Source: the human T2T-CHM13v2.0 reference genome, Homo sapiens
Length of the DNA: 64,000 nt
Strand: one strand, 5' to 3'
Assembly: GCF_009914755.1 (NCBI RefSeq)
Contig: NC_060925.1
The position numbers and the translations under genes are program-made. This document shows positions 1 to 14,445 of the stretch, one piece after another; the stretch's first letter is position 1; each line of letters opens with the position of its first letter. Under the pieces are notes generated by a model, which saw only the letters and a list, made by a program, of their open reading frames with translations, was not told the origin of the DNA and ran no database searches.

Positions 1-1001
1 AGGGCTGTGGAGCTGCTGAGTGCACACATGTCCTCCGTCCTGATGCCCTGGCCATGGCTTACCCTGGCAGCCAGCTCTATAAAATTCCCATTATTATTGA
101 AAAGCTCATAGCCCAGGCAGTGGGTTTTTTGTGCTGCTAGAAACTTGATTCATTTTTAACATTTTCAATATTCTGTCATCAGAGTGAGGAGGGGGCTGCA
201 GGGAGGACAAACAACATGAATTTGAGGGTCTGCAGGGGTCTCTGAAGTCACCTTTCTAGTCCTGGGCTCCCCACCTGTGGGTCTGCACACCACCCATTCG
301 CAACGGAGACCACCAGGGAAGTGGTTCAAATGCAGATTCCTGGGCCATTTGCCCTAGAGATTCTGATCCACCAGGTACAGGGTGGGGCCTGGAATTCAGG
401 AAATCCCTAAGTGTTTGGGGAACCATGAGTCAAGTCTAAGCCCCACCCCGGTTACGCATGATGCCACCACATGTCTTTGTATGAAGCACTTGGCAGTTTG
501 CAAAACTCTCCTGCAGATACCACCCAGATGCCGGTAGTGTCCCTAACAGGAGGGCAGGGTAGACCTTACCACCATCATCTTATATTGTTTTCCCACGTCA
601 CAGACAAGAAAACGTCTCAGAGCAGCTCAGGTGCTTTCCAGGGTTCCACAGGTAGAGTCATGATCAGAAATGGAGCCCCCGGTGGCCATACTGTCTCCTG
701 TCCAGGGCAAGTACCAAGCCATTGCCTTCGGCTGACGCAGGCTCCAGACTCCTCCACATTTTCCGGACTCTCCCAGGCCTCCTTGCCCATGTCACTGTGT
801 GCTTAGTGCCCTGGCACGGCAGACAGGGCCTGTGGCCACCCTTCCTCCCTGTGGCCTCGCATCGTGGACATGACCACAGGCAGTGGCCGAGTGCATGGAC
901 ATCCTCCTACAAGCCCTCAACAAGCACCTGAAAGTTGTGGGCAAATTGAATTTAAACAATATTATTACAGTACAAATGACCACAGCTGCTCACTGTACTG
1001 A

Positions 1002-1347
<346 letters not shown>

Positions 1348-1649
1348 TGTTCTCAGGGTCTTTATCCTCTCTTTAGCAACATCCTCGTGGCAATCTTGGA
1401 AGGGTCTTACTGTTGTCCCTGAGAGGTTCTGTGACTGGTCCCTGTTTGCTCAGTGAATGAGGGGCTGACCTTGGCATTCCAGCCCTGGAGGTGGCTTCTC
1501 AGCCATCCCAGCCCGTCCCTGACCCCACTGGCTTAAAGCTCAGAGAGGCCTTCCCCACCCCGGATCCCATCCACTGCAGTCTGCACCCCAGCTAAGCTTG
1601 GCTTTCTTCTTCTCCCCCACCCTCTTCCACGTGGCTCCTGACTCCTCAG

Positions 1650-1773
1650 TCACTAGAGGATCTTGAAGACCAAAAACGGAAAAAGAAGAAAGAGAAGATG
1701 GGATTCGGCTCCATCTCCCGCGTCTTCGCCAGAGGGAAGCAGCGGAAGTCCCTCGACCCCGGCCTCTTTGATG
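1650..1773 (+). CDS. KAZN: KAZN exon 8, long-isoform form using internal donor GATG|gtaccg
   Basis: 124 nt, phase 1; G + AC at 30201 gives GAC (Asp) and continues the frame into the next exon. Confidence 0.9.
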
Positions 1774-1817
1774 GTACCGCCCCTGATTATTACATAGAGG
1801 AGGACGCGGACTGGTGA
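1650..1817 (+). CDS. KAZN: KAZN composite exon (exon 8 by recalled numbering), short-isoform read-through form: SLEDLEDQKRKKKKEKMGFGSISRVFARGKQRKSLDPGLFDGTAPDYYIEEDADW*
   Basis: Acceptor ctcctcag at 1649; open frame from 1650 to TGA 1815-1817; peptide recognised as the kazrin A/C C-terminus, including the basic NLS-like KRKKKKEK. Not in the ORF track because it is an internal exon. Confidence 0.95.
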   Translation, partial: SLEDLEDQKRKKKKEKMGFGSISRVFARGKQRKSLDPGLFDGTAPDYYIEEDADW

Positions 1818-4170
1818 TACGCGCTCCCCTGCGCCTGCTGCCCGCAGGCGTGTCTGTGCGTGTGGGCGTGTGTGCAAGCGAGCGTGGGTGCGCGTGTGGC
1901 CGTGCGTGGGGTGCGTGTGCACGTGTGCGCTGGCACACATGGGTGCTGGGTGTGGCCGAGCGCCTCTAACAAGTGAAAACACGAGTGTGAACCTCTCTCC
2001 CCTGCGTCGCCACCTCTGTAATTGATGTACATACCGCAAACCGTGTGTGAACCTGTCAACTCTCTGTCGTCTTTGGAGCGATACAGTTGTGTTGTTAATC
2101 TGGTTTATTATTTTTCTTCAGTGTTTGGTTTTTCTTTTTCTTTTTGTTTGGTTCGTCGGTTTGTTTTTGTTTTTGTTTTTTTCCCCCTTTCTCCTCCCCT
2201 CCTCCTTTTTATGAAACTTGAAAACTTGAAGGACTGCTGTGTATTTGTAAATAACAAAACTATTGTGCACTCTGTGCTTGTAAATGTCCCTCGTCCAAAC
2301 CGCTACTCCTGGAGCCCGTCTGGCAGAGGATGTGGTCTGTTTTTGATGTCCCCCCTCCCGCCCCCCTGGTGTGAACGTGTGGGACCAGACCCTGTCCTGG
2401 GGGTGCGCCCAAGTCACTTTAACCACAAAACGCCATCGTCGTCAGGGTAAGCTCTGCTCTCTACAAAGACTCGCGAGCCGGGCCAAGGGGCCTTGTCTTG
2501 GCTGGGTTTGTCAGAGGTCAAACCGGCTCTTTTAAACGGCCTACCAGTTTTTAAATTGCATTGCCGTTTCTTTCTTTATGAAAAAAAAGAAAAAAAGAAA
2601 ATTGTTTCATTTAATTTATTTGCACAAATGCTGAAAACTTATTCTATCTAAATTATTACATAAATATTGGAATGTCTATTTTTCCATGGGGTGGGCGGGA
2701 GGTGGGTGTCTCTGTTGACTTGTCTGTTCTGTTACCATGCTGCTACCCAACTGTGCAAAGTAGTTTAGGGTGGCCAGAACCCAGGGACCATTGGATTTCA
2801 AAGCTTGCTTTTTCTGTTGGTTCTTCTCTCTCCTTCTCTCTCTGTCTCTCCCATTCTCCTGCCCATGCATGAAAGGATCCTCCACCTTCTTCCCACCCAG
2901 AGCTCCCTCCAGGCCTTTCTCTATATATTTATTTATCTGACATACAGAACACGACTTTAGTGAGCAGAGTGCTGACAGTCATGGTCCCCTTCTTTGGGTC
3001 TGTCTTTTGAGAGAGGTTGAGTTCAGGGCAAGACAGCCTGCCACACATCCAAGGGTACGACCAGTGGGACCCTGGCCTGAGTCTGTTCTCCGAGGGGCCT
3101 CCAGCAGCTTCTGTTCCTCCCTGCAGCTGTGTCTTTCTTGTCCTGGGTTTAGGATGCAGGTGGGCCAGGCAGGTGTTGTTAGGGGAGGCACCCACTTCAA
3201 AAGGAGGGCCACAGTGGGGACACAGAGTCCAGCACCTGAGCCCTCCACCCTCCCCATTCTGGTTGGTTCCATCAGCCACACTTAGAATCTCCCAGGATCC
3301 CTTGGACTCCGTCCCCCAACTTGTCACAGCAGCCTGAGCCTACCCACCCCAGGAGACAAGAGCTGGCAGGAACATCTGCCTATATGGGGGGTGGCGTTGG
3401 CCCCAAAGAGGCTTCACCAGCAAAGGAACTGTGTGTATTTTAATGCCAGGGGACGGAGGATGTGTGAGCTGTTCAGCAAGGTCTGCCCAAGGCCTAAAAC
3501 TCAATTTCCTTATTCTTTTGCTTCTGCTCGTCCTTAACAACTAACAGCTCAACCCACACCTCTAGACAACAGTAGTCGTGCTTTCTGCTAACGGTGACAT
3601 TTTCAGCTCTTAAAAAGAAGCAAGGAGATTTTCAAATGCTAGAGTATCTCTATCAGAAGGCATAGGACATTGTGTCCAAAGTCTCAAGAACAAACAACAC
3701 TTTCCTTCTGACCTGGTCCAAAAGTCAGCAAACAGCAAGCAGGCAGAGGCCCTCATAAGGACTTTTCTGTCCTCCTTTGACCAAACTGTTTAACCGAGCC
3801 TAGGGGTGACGGGGAGCGACCCAAGCTGGCATCTTTCTCTACGGAGACAGATTTTAGAAAATACTTTTCTTGCCCATGAATTTCTTTTCTGGTTGATTTT
3901 TATCATTTTCCCTTTACTTACAAGAAAATAAGATTGCAACCACTCCTGCTAATGATTTAGTAGTTCCTTTTCATTTCAGTTTTTGTAAATTAGGAGATAA
4001 TTCTAAGAGTTACTAAAGGATGATTTATTTAAGAGAACTACGTCAAATAGCGAATGAGTTATGGGTAACATTAGACGAAAATAACCTTTCCCGTGGGAAA
4101 GGTTTCTCGAAGGCATGGATGCAAATATAAAATATTAAAAAAAATCTAAATAAAGCTTATTTTAAAATAT
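1818..4170 (+). other. KAZN: 3' UTR of short KAZN isoforms (~2.35 kb; end approximate)
   Basis: Follows the TGA; no obvious Alu/L1; U-rich and GU-rich blocks; ends at a polyA signal cluster. Confidence 0.8.
4134..4154 (+). terminator. KAZN: Proximal (intronic) polyadenylation signals ATTAAA 4134-4139 and AATAAA 4149-4154
   Basis: Canonical hexamers followed by a U/GU-rich downstream element (tatgttatttgattgcttctatttgg). Confidence 0.8.
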
Positions 4171-5540
4171 GATCGAATTCTATGTTATTTGATTGCTTCT
4201 ATTTGGCTCCGGGTGGGAGGCTCTGCCCCTCTGGGAGGCACAGGCTGGCATGACCTGCTCCTTGGACTTCCAGGGCTGGGTTCTGGGAGGGGGGATGGGA
4301 GGGGCCGAGGAAAGCTGGCTGGATTCGGGGCCCTTGGAGGGGCCGAGCCGGGGTAGCCTCCCAGAAGCATCTCGCCTCTGCCGCCCTGACTGTAATTTGG
4401 AGGGCTACCCTGTGGTCCAAACGCACCACCCCCGACCTGGCACCCTGCATTGTGGAGCTTAGTGGCCCCAGTCAGCTTTCGTCTGCTTCCTTCTCCCCCT
4501 GAGCTCCTTCCAGAGGCCCCAAAGGAGCCTGTGCTTTGGGGCGTGTTACTTCCCGCAGACCTCCGTGGACCTCTGCGCGTCCCACGATCCCACCCTCCCT
4601 GGAGGACCGAGAGGAGCTTCAGGGAGATAGAGAGGGAGCCACAGGCTTCCTTGATTGAAGCCAGAGTGAGCCAGGCTTTTCCTAGCCCCAAGAGAACCCC
4701 CCAGATACAAAACTCAGGCCTCCCCCAGCGAGACTCCACTGTATGTCCCGAGAAGAGGGTACCCGGGTTACCCCAAAGCCTGACATAGTCAGTACCCTCA
4801 ATCTCTATATCTCCCAACTGAAAAAAAATTTTCCCCGGCAATAAGACTGATGGAGGGCTGGCTTTTAAGTCCCCTCCCACCTCTGCAGCATAAAGCTATG
4901 TAATACAGACACGATGCCGAGGTGAAAATGAGCCCCCAGTGAGGATGCAAATGGATGTGGTAGGATTGGGAAGGCCAGGAAAGCCCTGGGTGACAAGGAA
5001 CTTAGGGCCATCTACCCCAGCAGTTCTCAGCCTGACCACACCTTAGGGAAAAAAAAAAATACTCATTCCAGGCCATATTCCTGGAATTGAAGTGTATTTA
5101 AATCTCCTCTGGTGATTCTAAAGGGTTGCCAGGATTAGAACCACTGAGCTGATCTGAGGAGGGCAAGTGTGGCCACACGCATGCCCCTACTCCCCTCTCC
5201 CTGGCCCCATGCAGACATCACCAATCAATTGAAGAGCCCTTCCTGCCCATCCCGAAGTGGCCTCTGATTTCTCACTTTACATAGCCTCAGATAGCCACAG
5301 CCAGTCAATCAGAGTTGGCATACAAGGATAAAGCCTTTTTGCCCTCTCAAAACTAACCCCGTCTCTCATGCGGGACATATGGCAAAAACTTTGGCCCAGA
5401 GAGGAATGACTTGGCCAGCGTCCTAGCTATCGTGCCTCTCATCCTGGGACCTTCTCAAGAGCCAGGCCATACCTTATTTGGGTCTTTGTAGCTCTACTCA
5501 AAAGCCACCGTACCTCCTTTTTTAAAAGAATCTTCTCCAG

Positions 5541-5668
5541 GGAAGCTGAGGCAGGAGAATGGCATGAACCCGGGAGTTGGAGCTTGCAGTGAGCCGAGAT
5601 CGCGCCACTGCGCTCCAACCTGGGTGACAGAGCGAGACTCTGTCTCAAAAAAATAAATAAATATTTAA
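5541..5668 (+). mobile_element. 5'-truncated AluY-like right arm with 18-bp TSD
   Basis: gagaatggcatgaacccggg...gagcttgcagtgagccgagatcgcgcc; TSD aaaagaatcttctccagg at 5524-5541 and 5669-5686. Confidence 0.9.
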
Positions 5669-6668
5669 AAAAGAATCTTCTCCAGGACCTTGCTCCAAAT
5701 GGTCCAACTTCAAATGGTACCTATTAGAAATTGGAGTAGGGCTGCCCAGGGCATCCAGGGCCAGCTGCACAGGTTGGGCACTGCATTACTCCAGAAGGTG
5801 CCATTCTCCAGGCTACCACGTGAATGGTGTCCTGGTTTTTCAATACACAAGCTGCATGACTGTACTCAGTGGCCCGTCTGTGTGCTCCTCCTACCCACGT
5901 TGCAGGCTAAAACAGCTGTAACCAATAATAACAATAATAATAATATCTAACATTGATTAGGCATTTACCACAGGCCAGGGTCCATGCTATGCACTTTACA
6001 CATATTAACTCAGTTAACCCTCCCAACAGCCTGTCATTGATGAGAAAACAGACGTTGAGTAACTCATCTGAGGTCATGGAGCTGGGAGACAATAGAAGTG
6101 GGCCTCAAACTATGGAGTTTTGGCTACAGAGTTTGTGCCCTGAACCACTCCACCGTCTGAGCAGTGAGGGGCTGCCGCCAAGCAGCTGGGCCTTCTCCCA
6201 GGGGGGCATCTTCAGTGCATCATCTGGGCCTGGTTTCAAGGCCCCTTGCCCACCAGTAGCCTCTGACACAGCTTTGCACTGCCTCACTTTTGTGACTCAG
6301 TCTGTTTCCATCAGCCTTTTCCCCGCAGGCCCAGAAAGCTCACCCCTAGAGAGGAATCAGCGGGGGAATCAGAGCAGAAACCGGCTGCTGTCCAGCACCA
6401 GCTCTCCCTTCCTCTTCCTGGCTAAGTCAGGAGCAGAATCACCTCCACTGGCCCTGCAGTCCAACCCCTGGCTGTACCAGAGCTGCAGATCCTGAGGGGT
6501 AGTGCAGCCCCCAACACCTGGGGAGCTCTGTGGCACCCTTCCCCGCCACAGCATGAGCCTGCGGTCCAGGAGCCGCCCCGCACCTGTGACAAACGGTATC
6601 GTGCCCGTCACTCAACCTGGGCTCCTGGGGAATCCAGGCAGAGTGAGCCTGAACCGTGGGGGACATCA

Positions 6669-6885
<217 letters not shown>

Positions 6886-7169
6886 ATCTCTGGGTTTTCC
6901 CCAAAAACTTGCATTTTCCCAGACACCCCAGATGGCTCCTAGGCTTTTTCCAGTTGGACTCCACTGGGCGGGGCAAAATATGCCCCGGTCCCTGGCCCCC
7001 ACCTGTTCCCATTTTCCAGTGGTTACAGAACCTGGTGATAATGAAGAATGAATAGGGAACATGTATCAGCTTATTCTTTATAAAAGAGTATATTCGTAAT
7101 TCTGCATTACAAAATAATGCCCCCAAACTTACAAATATCTTAGCAGTTCGTATGTTAGAAGTTATTTAA

Positions 7170-7695
<526 letters not shown>

Positions 7696-10600
7696 TGATC
7701 CCAACAGGATTGATCCAAGAATAGCAGCAAGGGGAAATCTTGGCCTATTCATCCTGAAAATGGCAGGACCTCTGATGACCTAGCACGTGCCTTGCAAGGC
7801 CTTGTGACGTTGCCAGGCTGTGTACAGAAACCATGCTTCTGGATCACAGAAAACACTGGCTGGTAGCTTGTTTGCATTTCTGAGTTTTAGGTTTTGAAAA
7901 TTCCTTGTTGCTTTCTTAATGGTTACCAGTAAGTAGCTGTTAATCGCACCAATACAAGAGAACCTATAAAATTGCGTGCCTTGCTTCCAGAATCCTCAAC
8001 GGAAGATTTGCCTTCGGGAAGTCATTTTTGCCCCCATCCAGAGGACCCTTGTAGCCCACCAATGGCTTCCCTGTCATACCTGGATAATCGCTCCCAGTTC
8101 TGGCCCCACATCTGATTCTAAGCAAGTTGTTTAACCTATGAACCTCAGTGTACTCATCTGTAAAATGGGTGTAATTACCCTCCCCTCCTCGTAGGTTCAG
8201 AAATGAGAACTGAATGTGTTTTTGGAGTCTGAAAAGGGCTGGCCCCATGATTACTATTCTCTGTGATTTGTAACACATCTTGAGCCTGACAGTGCCTCAA
8301 ATCAAAACTTGTCCCTGGGGTAAAATCAGGGCATCGGGCTGTGTGTGTGAAGTTCCTCCATCTGCCAGGGTCTGTGAACACCAGCCCTCAGAGTGCAAAT
8401 GCAGTTCCAGCACTGCTACAGAAAAGAATCTGGGCTGCTCTGCCTCAGAACAGGGAGGGTTTGAGTTATTTGCCCCTAGAATCCACCAGCTCTGACAGCA
8501 TTCTGTCTTTCTGAGGTCTGAGTAGAAACACTTAGACGCTGCTCTCAGAACCCAGGGCCAGCCTGGTCTGGAAGTCAGGGCTGCCTCACTTATGCAGTAT
8601 TTTCTTTGTGCCAAGCACTGTTCTAAGCTCTTTCCAGACACTCACTCGTATAATCCTTCCAGCAACTCTCCAAAATACATGTCATCCCCAGTTTACAGAT
8701 GAACAAACCAAGGCGCAGAGAGGTGAAGTTCTTGACTGGAGTCACACACCTAGGAAGAGGTGGAACTGGGATTCACCTCTAGCAGTCTGGCTCCAGAGTC
8801 CATGTTCTTGGTAACTTTGCTGTGTAGTCTCAGGTCACCCACTGGCCCCAAGCCCCCTCTCAGGGCCTGCTGAGCAATAGAAAGCTTCAGAGAACATCAG
8901 AATGCAAGCCTCATTAGTAGGATGAGGCCGGGCGCTGAGTAGGCCAGCTTTTTAGGATTCAACTCCTTAATCCAGAAGAGGAAGAGACCGGCAAAATATG
9001 GGGTTTGCAAACTGTGTTCCATGGAACCCCGAAGGGGTTCCTCAGCAGTCCCTCAAGGGGTTGCCATAGCTGGCGAAAGAATCAGCAGGCAGGGCTCCAG
9101 CCTACCCTCAGCCAGTGGCTCTGCACTTACCTGTTACACACTGGACTTCCGTGTACGAGTCCACGTGAAAGGTCCCATGGTAGAGTGAGTGAGAAGGAAA
9201 GAGGAAGAGAGGAGGTTTGAGAAGCACAAGGAGATCAGTGGTTGTCAAACCTGACCTAGCTTTGGGTTTTAAAGATATCCATTCCCAGGCCCCATCCTGT
9301 AGCTACCGAACCAAAGGGTCTAAGGCCGAGGCCCTGGGAGCTGTGTGCGTATTGAACAAGCTGCCTGGTGTGGGCTCAGTCGCAGGAGGTCACATGGGGC
9401 AGAGACTGAGGGTGGCAGCGTAGTGCCCGTGGGTTGGAGGGCAGACTCGCCAGGGCCATCACAAGGTAGGTTGAGGCCACCTTCCTGGGGCAACCCCAGG
9501 GTCCCCCCAGTAAGGGAGGAAACTTACCCAAGCCAGACCCCAAGCTGCCCCCCAGGCAACCTGCTGCTTGGGGCCTTTCTAGGCCCCGCTGAGCAGAGGG
9601 GACGGGCACTCTGGAGTATCTGACGCCCCAGGCCAGCCTCAGAAGCCTGCAGCAGCACCCACACTGCAGGCACAGAGAGGTTCCCCGAGTCTCCGAGAGA
9701 TGCATAGCCAGGAAGTGGCAGAAGCAGGAGTCAAACCTGAGTGAGATCTGAGTTCTGAGCCTGAGGTCCATCCGACTCCTCCTGACCTGTGTCTGACTGA
9801 GACTTCTGTCCGGTGGACCTGCTGGCCTCGGTCTGGGGCCAGTGATATCCCATGGACACCAGACCATGAGCCCTAAACTGGGGGCAAGTCAGCCCAAGCT
9901 GCTGCACTCTGGGAAGTGGTCAGATGTGGAGCTGCTACAGAGGGGCCTGCAGGCCTCTGCCCACCCCTGCCCTTGGGCTCCTGAGGAGGCCCAGTCTTCT
10001 TCACCCAGAAGCCCCACCACCCCCAGCCCAGCGCCTTCAGGGCCCCTGAGCCCGGCTCTGGACTCCCAGTGTTCAGGTTGGTCAAGGACTCGCTGTGTGA
10101 CCACAGCCAAGCTGGTCTCCCTCTCTGGGCCTTAAGCTGTCTCTAAAACAGACCAGGACAGTGGTTTTCCACCTGTGGCCTGTGAAATCTGAGAAGTCCC
10201 TGGATGTGCCTCAGAAGGCGGTCGGCAAGGGAGAGGCTGCAGCCACCGTGTTGGAGGGTCCCTCCCTGCCATCCGCCTCCCTGCCCTTTAGCCCTAAACT
10301 CCAGTGTATTCGGCTTGTTGAAATAGGTGTGAATGACGGGTCTGCAGCATCTCTGCAGCTGAGAGGCAGTATGTGAGAAAACCAGGGGGCACATCATCTC
10401 CAAGCTCCTCCAGGGGTCTCTGGGCTGTGATCAGGAAGGGAGAGGGGCACCAGCCTGGTGAAGGAGTCACTCCTCATGGGTGTCCCCCGGCTTCCCTGCT
10501 CACCCCTCCTCCCTATCAGTGAGGGGCAGTATGAGACCCTCCTTAACCCTGGTAGAACAGGAAATAGGAAAATGGGGCCCCTGGCTCCCCTTCTGGAAGT

Positions 10601-13600
10601 CTATAAGACAAGGCCAAGGCCATGAATGTCCCCCACGAACCACAGGACAACTGCATTGAGCAACGCCTCCCCAGGTCACAGCGATTTACAGTTCACGACA
10701 CTCTTTCACGGGGAGATGGGGGTCAGGGTTAAGAGATTACATCCTGGGCAAACTCCCTGGGTTTCAACCTCAGTCCTGACGCTTGTTACCTGGTAACCTT
10801 AGGCAAAGGACTTCACCTGCTGTGCCTTCGTTTCTTCATGGGGACAATAGGGGTGAAAAGATACTAGGTCAGAGTGTGGCTGCAGGGATGAAACAGGCCA
10901 ATATGTATACAAGGCTTAGCACAGGGCGCAATAAACCTTAGCCACCATGATGATGACCGTGATGATGACAATGGCAATGGTGATCTCATTTCAGCCTCTC
11001 GCCGGCCCTGTGAGGTAGGCAGGACAGGGCCCTTTGTACAGATGAGAAGACTGAGGCCCAGGTAAGTTCAGCAATTAGCCCAAGCTGCAGGGGCCAGCCC
11101 AGAATAGGACCAGAGGGAGCAAGAGTTTGGGAGCTGAGAGGGGTGTCAGTGGTCTCTAGTCCACTCCCCTCATATTGCAGATGGGAGGGTGCTTGACCAC
11201 AGCCCAGCAGGGCATCAGTGTCTGAACTGGTTCTGGAACCCAGGGCTCCTGCCTTCCTGGCCAGTGCTTTGAGCTGCCTCCAACCATAAGACTCAACTAG
11301 GGGGAAAAAAATCCCTGGGTCAGTAAGTTTTGGAAACACTGCATCATATCTCCACCCCTTATAGATCAGCACAACCCTTTCACTTATTAAGGCTCTGACA
11401 AGTTCTGCAATGAAAGAAAATCTTCTACCTTTACCCATCTAGTGTTTCCCAAACTTACGTGACCACAGAACCACACCTTTTACTCTCATTCGGTGGATCA
11501 CCGACTGGAAACTATTGGGACAGATGACTTCTTCGGGCCCTTCAGCTCCACTATTCTGTGCTTTGAGGGCGCTGTCAGTGGTTCTGTGGCGATCTCTAAG
11601 CATGCCACCATTATTTAGCCATGAGAAGTCTCTGTGGCTCATATGACATCCCTATGGGCCTCCAGAAGGGAGGTGACAGACACCAGGTCAGGTGTAGTCA
11701 CAGCCCCTCTATCTCAGCATCCACTTTGCTAAGAAAGGACCCAAAGCAGTGCACAGCACCCACATGAGGCAGAAGAGCCCGACAGATTGGCTTGGAAATG
11801 CCGGTCCCAGGGTGTTCATTATTTTCCTGCTCTCCTAGGTCCTAGATATAGACAGAGGGGCTGAGTCTGTTGGCACAGGGACCCAGGGGATGGGCATGTC
11901 CATGCTGCCAGGGTGTCTGGCCCCACCTGCCCTCCAGAGCACTTCATCACCCTTTGGTGGCTCTGAGCTGCCTAATTCCTTTCCCTGGGACAGGCCAGAG
12001 ATGTCAGAGTCACATCCAAATTGGATCCGTGCTATACTAGGCCAGCTTCCTTCCTTATTAGGAGGCTGATGTCTGTGGAGGCGGTGTGGAGCCTGTGGCC
12101 AGGGCATGTGGACCAGGAGGGAAGGAAGCAGCCTCTGACAGCTGTCACTGTGGGCACCAGAGCTGTGGTGGCAAGGAGGAGACTTGAGACAAGCCAGGAG
12201 GAACTTGAGGGCCTGTCCCCAAATGGAGGGTTAGAGGTAACAGTCCCGGGTCACTGATGGCAGCTTGAGTGTGTGAGCCAATTCCAAATTCCTTGCATCT
12301 TTTCACATGTGTGCAAGAAACAAACTCATCTTAGTGACAGCCTGAGCCCAGCAGAATTGATCGGCCTCCTACAGGGAGGGGCTTGAGGAAAGGCCTCGGC
12401 TTCGGAGCTAGATCCTGAGGCTCAATCCCAGCATCGGCACATGCCAGCTGTGCAACACCGAGTCCCTTTGAGCCTCAGTTTCCCCCTCTTTGAAATGGAG
12501 ATAAAACATATTGGCTGTTGCAAAGATAAAATAGTAAATGGAGAGACGCATCCAAGACACCCCAGCTGCTTCTTTCAGGGCTGCAGAGGCCCACGTGACA
12601 GAAAATCTCTGCTTCAGAGCAGGAACCCAGGCCCTGAGTCTGGGCTGTGCCCTCTGCACACAATTGATTGGCTTTTCTGAGCTCCACTTTTCTCATCTGT
12701 AAAATGGGCCCCTGGGAATCTTGAGTCCCCCTCTCTGGGGAGGATGCAATGAGCTCATGCTTACTAGTTGTAAAGCACCAGGCAAACATTAGCCGTCACG
12801 ACTGCACTGCCTCGCGAGCAAGCTGGAATTACGGTCACCACCTGCTGTTTTAGATCAGCACCCACTGCAAACATATATTAGGGTGACAATGACAAGGACC
12901 CACCTTGTGGGCTCTCTCAGTTGCCAGCATTGGGCTGGACACTTACTCGCCTCATTTCAACTACGCCACAAACTCAGAGGCCTGTGGGGACCCTGCAGAT
13001 AGGCGGGTCAGTGACGTGGCCACGTGGGGCCAGCACGTGCTGTAGCAAAAGGAAGCAGCTCTGCTCACTCCAGCGAGGCTGCTCGGAGCAATGCCAGCCT
13101 GGTGTTTCCAGAGCTCCAGATCTTCTAGAGAAGCCAAATATCTCACATAATACACCCCAAGTCTTTCATATTGACAACTAATTTTTTTTTAATTTAGTGT
13201 CCATTGGGGGAAAATTTCCAAGGCCCTAATTTGTCTCAGGGCCAACAGCTCTGTCACCTCCAGTCTAGATTCTCTCTCTGTGGACACCTCGTGCTCTGAC
13301 AGTCCCTGGTCTTCCCCTGCGTGTGGAGTCCCCGGGCCTGCCTGGCTGTAGGCGCCCATCTCAATTCACCACCATCCTCCTTCACTGGAGGGCCCTCCTG
13401 TCCTCCACTCCCTGACGGCCAGGCAGCAGGGCTCCACGCTTGTTTCTCAACCCAGAGAAGTGTTCCCAAGACTTAGAGTGTTTGGGGAGTGGCAGTGGAG
13501 AAGGGAAAAGGGGTCTTCGCTCAGCACTGCCCTCGGAGGCCTTGAGTCACTGCAGGAATCCTGAGCTCCACCGCTCCTCCGCAAGGGCTACACAGGACCA

Positions 13601-14154
13601 GGTCAGCTGCTTGCAGCCACGTGACTCAGTTGTTTTTTATAGTCACTACCGGAGTCTCTGGGACTCAGAGATGGGGGTTGGGGGTTTCACCTTCAGGTGA
13701 AGATGTTGATGGGCCTGACAATAGGGTGACTCCGTATTATCCAAGAAATCCCAGGAGGCTGCGCAGTTATCAGCATGAAAAGCAGCTGCAGGCCTCCCAG
13801 GGATGCGGACAGGGGCTCAGAATGAGGAATGGGGACAAAGACTGGCTTCATGGGAGCAGGAGAGGTAGCAGGGGGTGTGAGGAAAGCTAATATGACTTGC
13901 TGACATTTACTAAGTGCCTACTGTGCCAGGCATGGGGTAGGCATTTGATGTACACTCATTAAGTCTTTCAACGAACACTGACTGAATGTTTCCTATATGC
14001 CAGGTTTAGGGCTTAGGGCTGAGGATGCAGATGTGGATGATGAGATAAATTATCCTAACATCATCCTCACCAAAGTCACGTAAGAAATTTGGTGAGGAAA
14101 CTGAGGCTCAGAGAAGTAACATACATAGCCCTAAGAGACAAAATAAGTGATGTG

Positions 14155-14445
14155 CTGGATGCGGTGGTTCATGCCTGTAATCCCAGCACTTTAGGAGGCC
14201 AAGGTGGGCAGATTACTTGAGGCTGGGAGTTCGAGACCAGCCTGGCCAATTCCATCTCTACTAAAAATACAAAAATTAGCTGGGCATGGTGGTGCGTGCC
14301 TGTAATCACAGCTACTCGGGGGGCTGAGGAAGGAGAATCGCTTGAACCTAGGAAGCGGATGTTGCAGTGAGCCGAGATCGTGCCACTGTACTCCAGCCTG
14401 GGCAACACAGCGAGACTCCATCTCAAAAAAAATAAAAAATAAAGT
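14155..14445 (+). mobile_element. Alu
   Basis: Sense Alu with A-tail and TSD-like aaataagtgatg / aataaagtgatg. Confidence 0.95.

Noticed and set aside
4185-4880. 231-aa minus-strand ORF
   Set aside because: GC-rich, low-complexity G/P/S composition with no recognisable domain or splice context.
9023-9041. Perfect mini-hairpin GGAACCCC-GAA-GGGGTTCC
   Set aside because: Short, and appears to lie in the subterminal palindromic part of an old hAT-type DNA transposon fragment.
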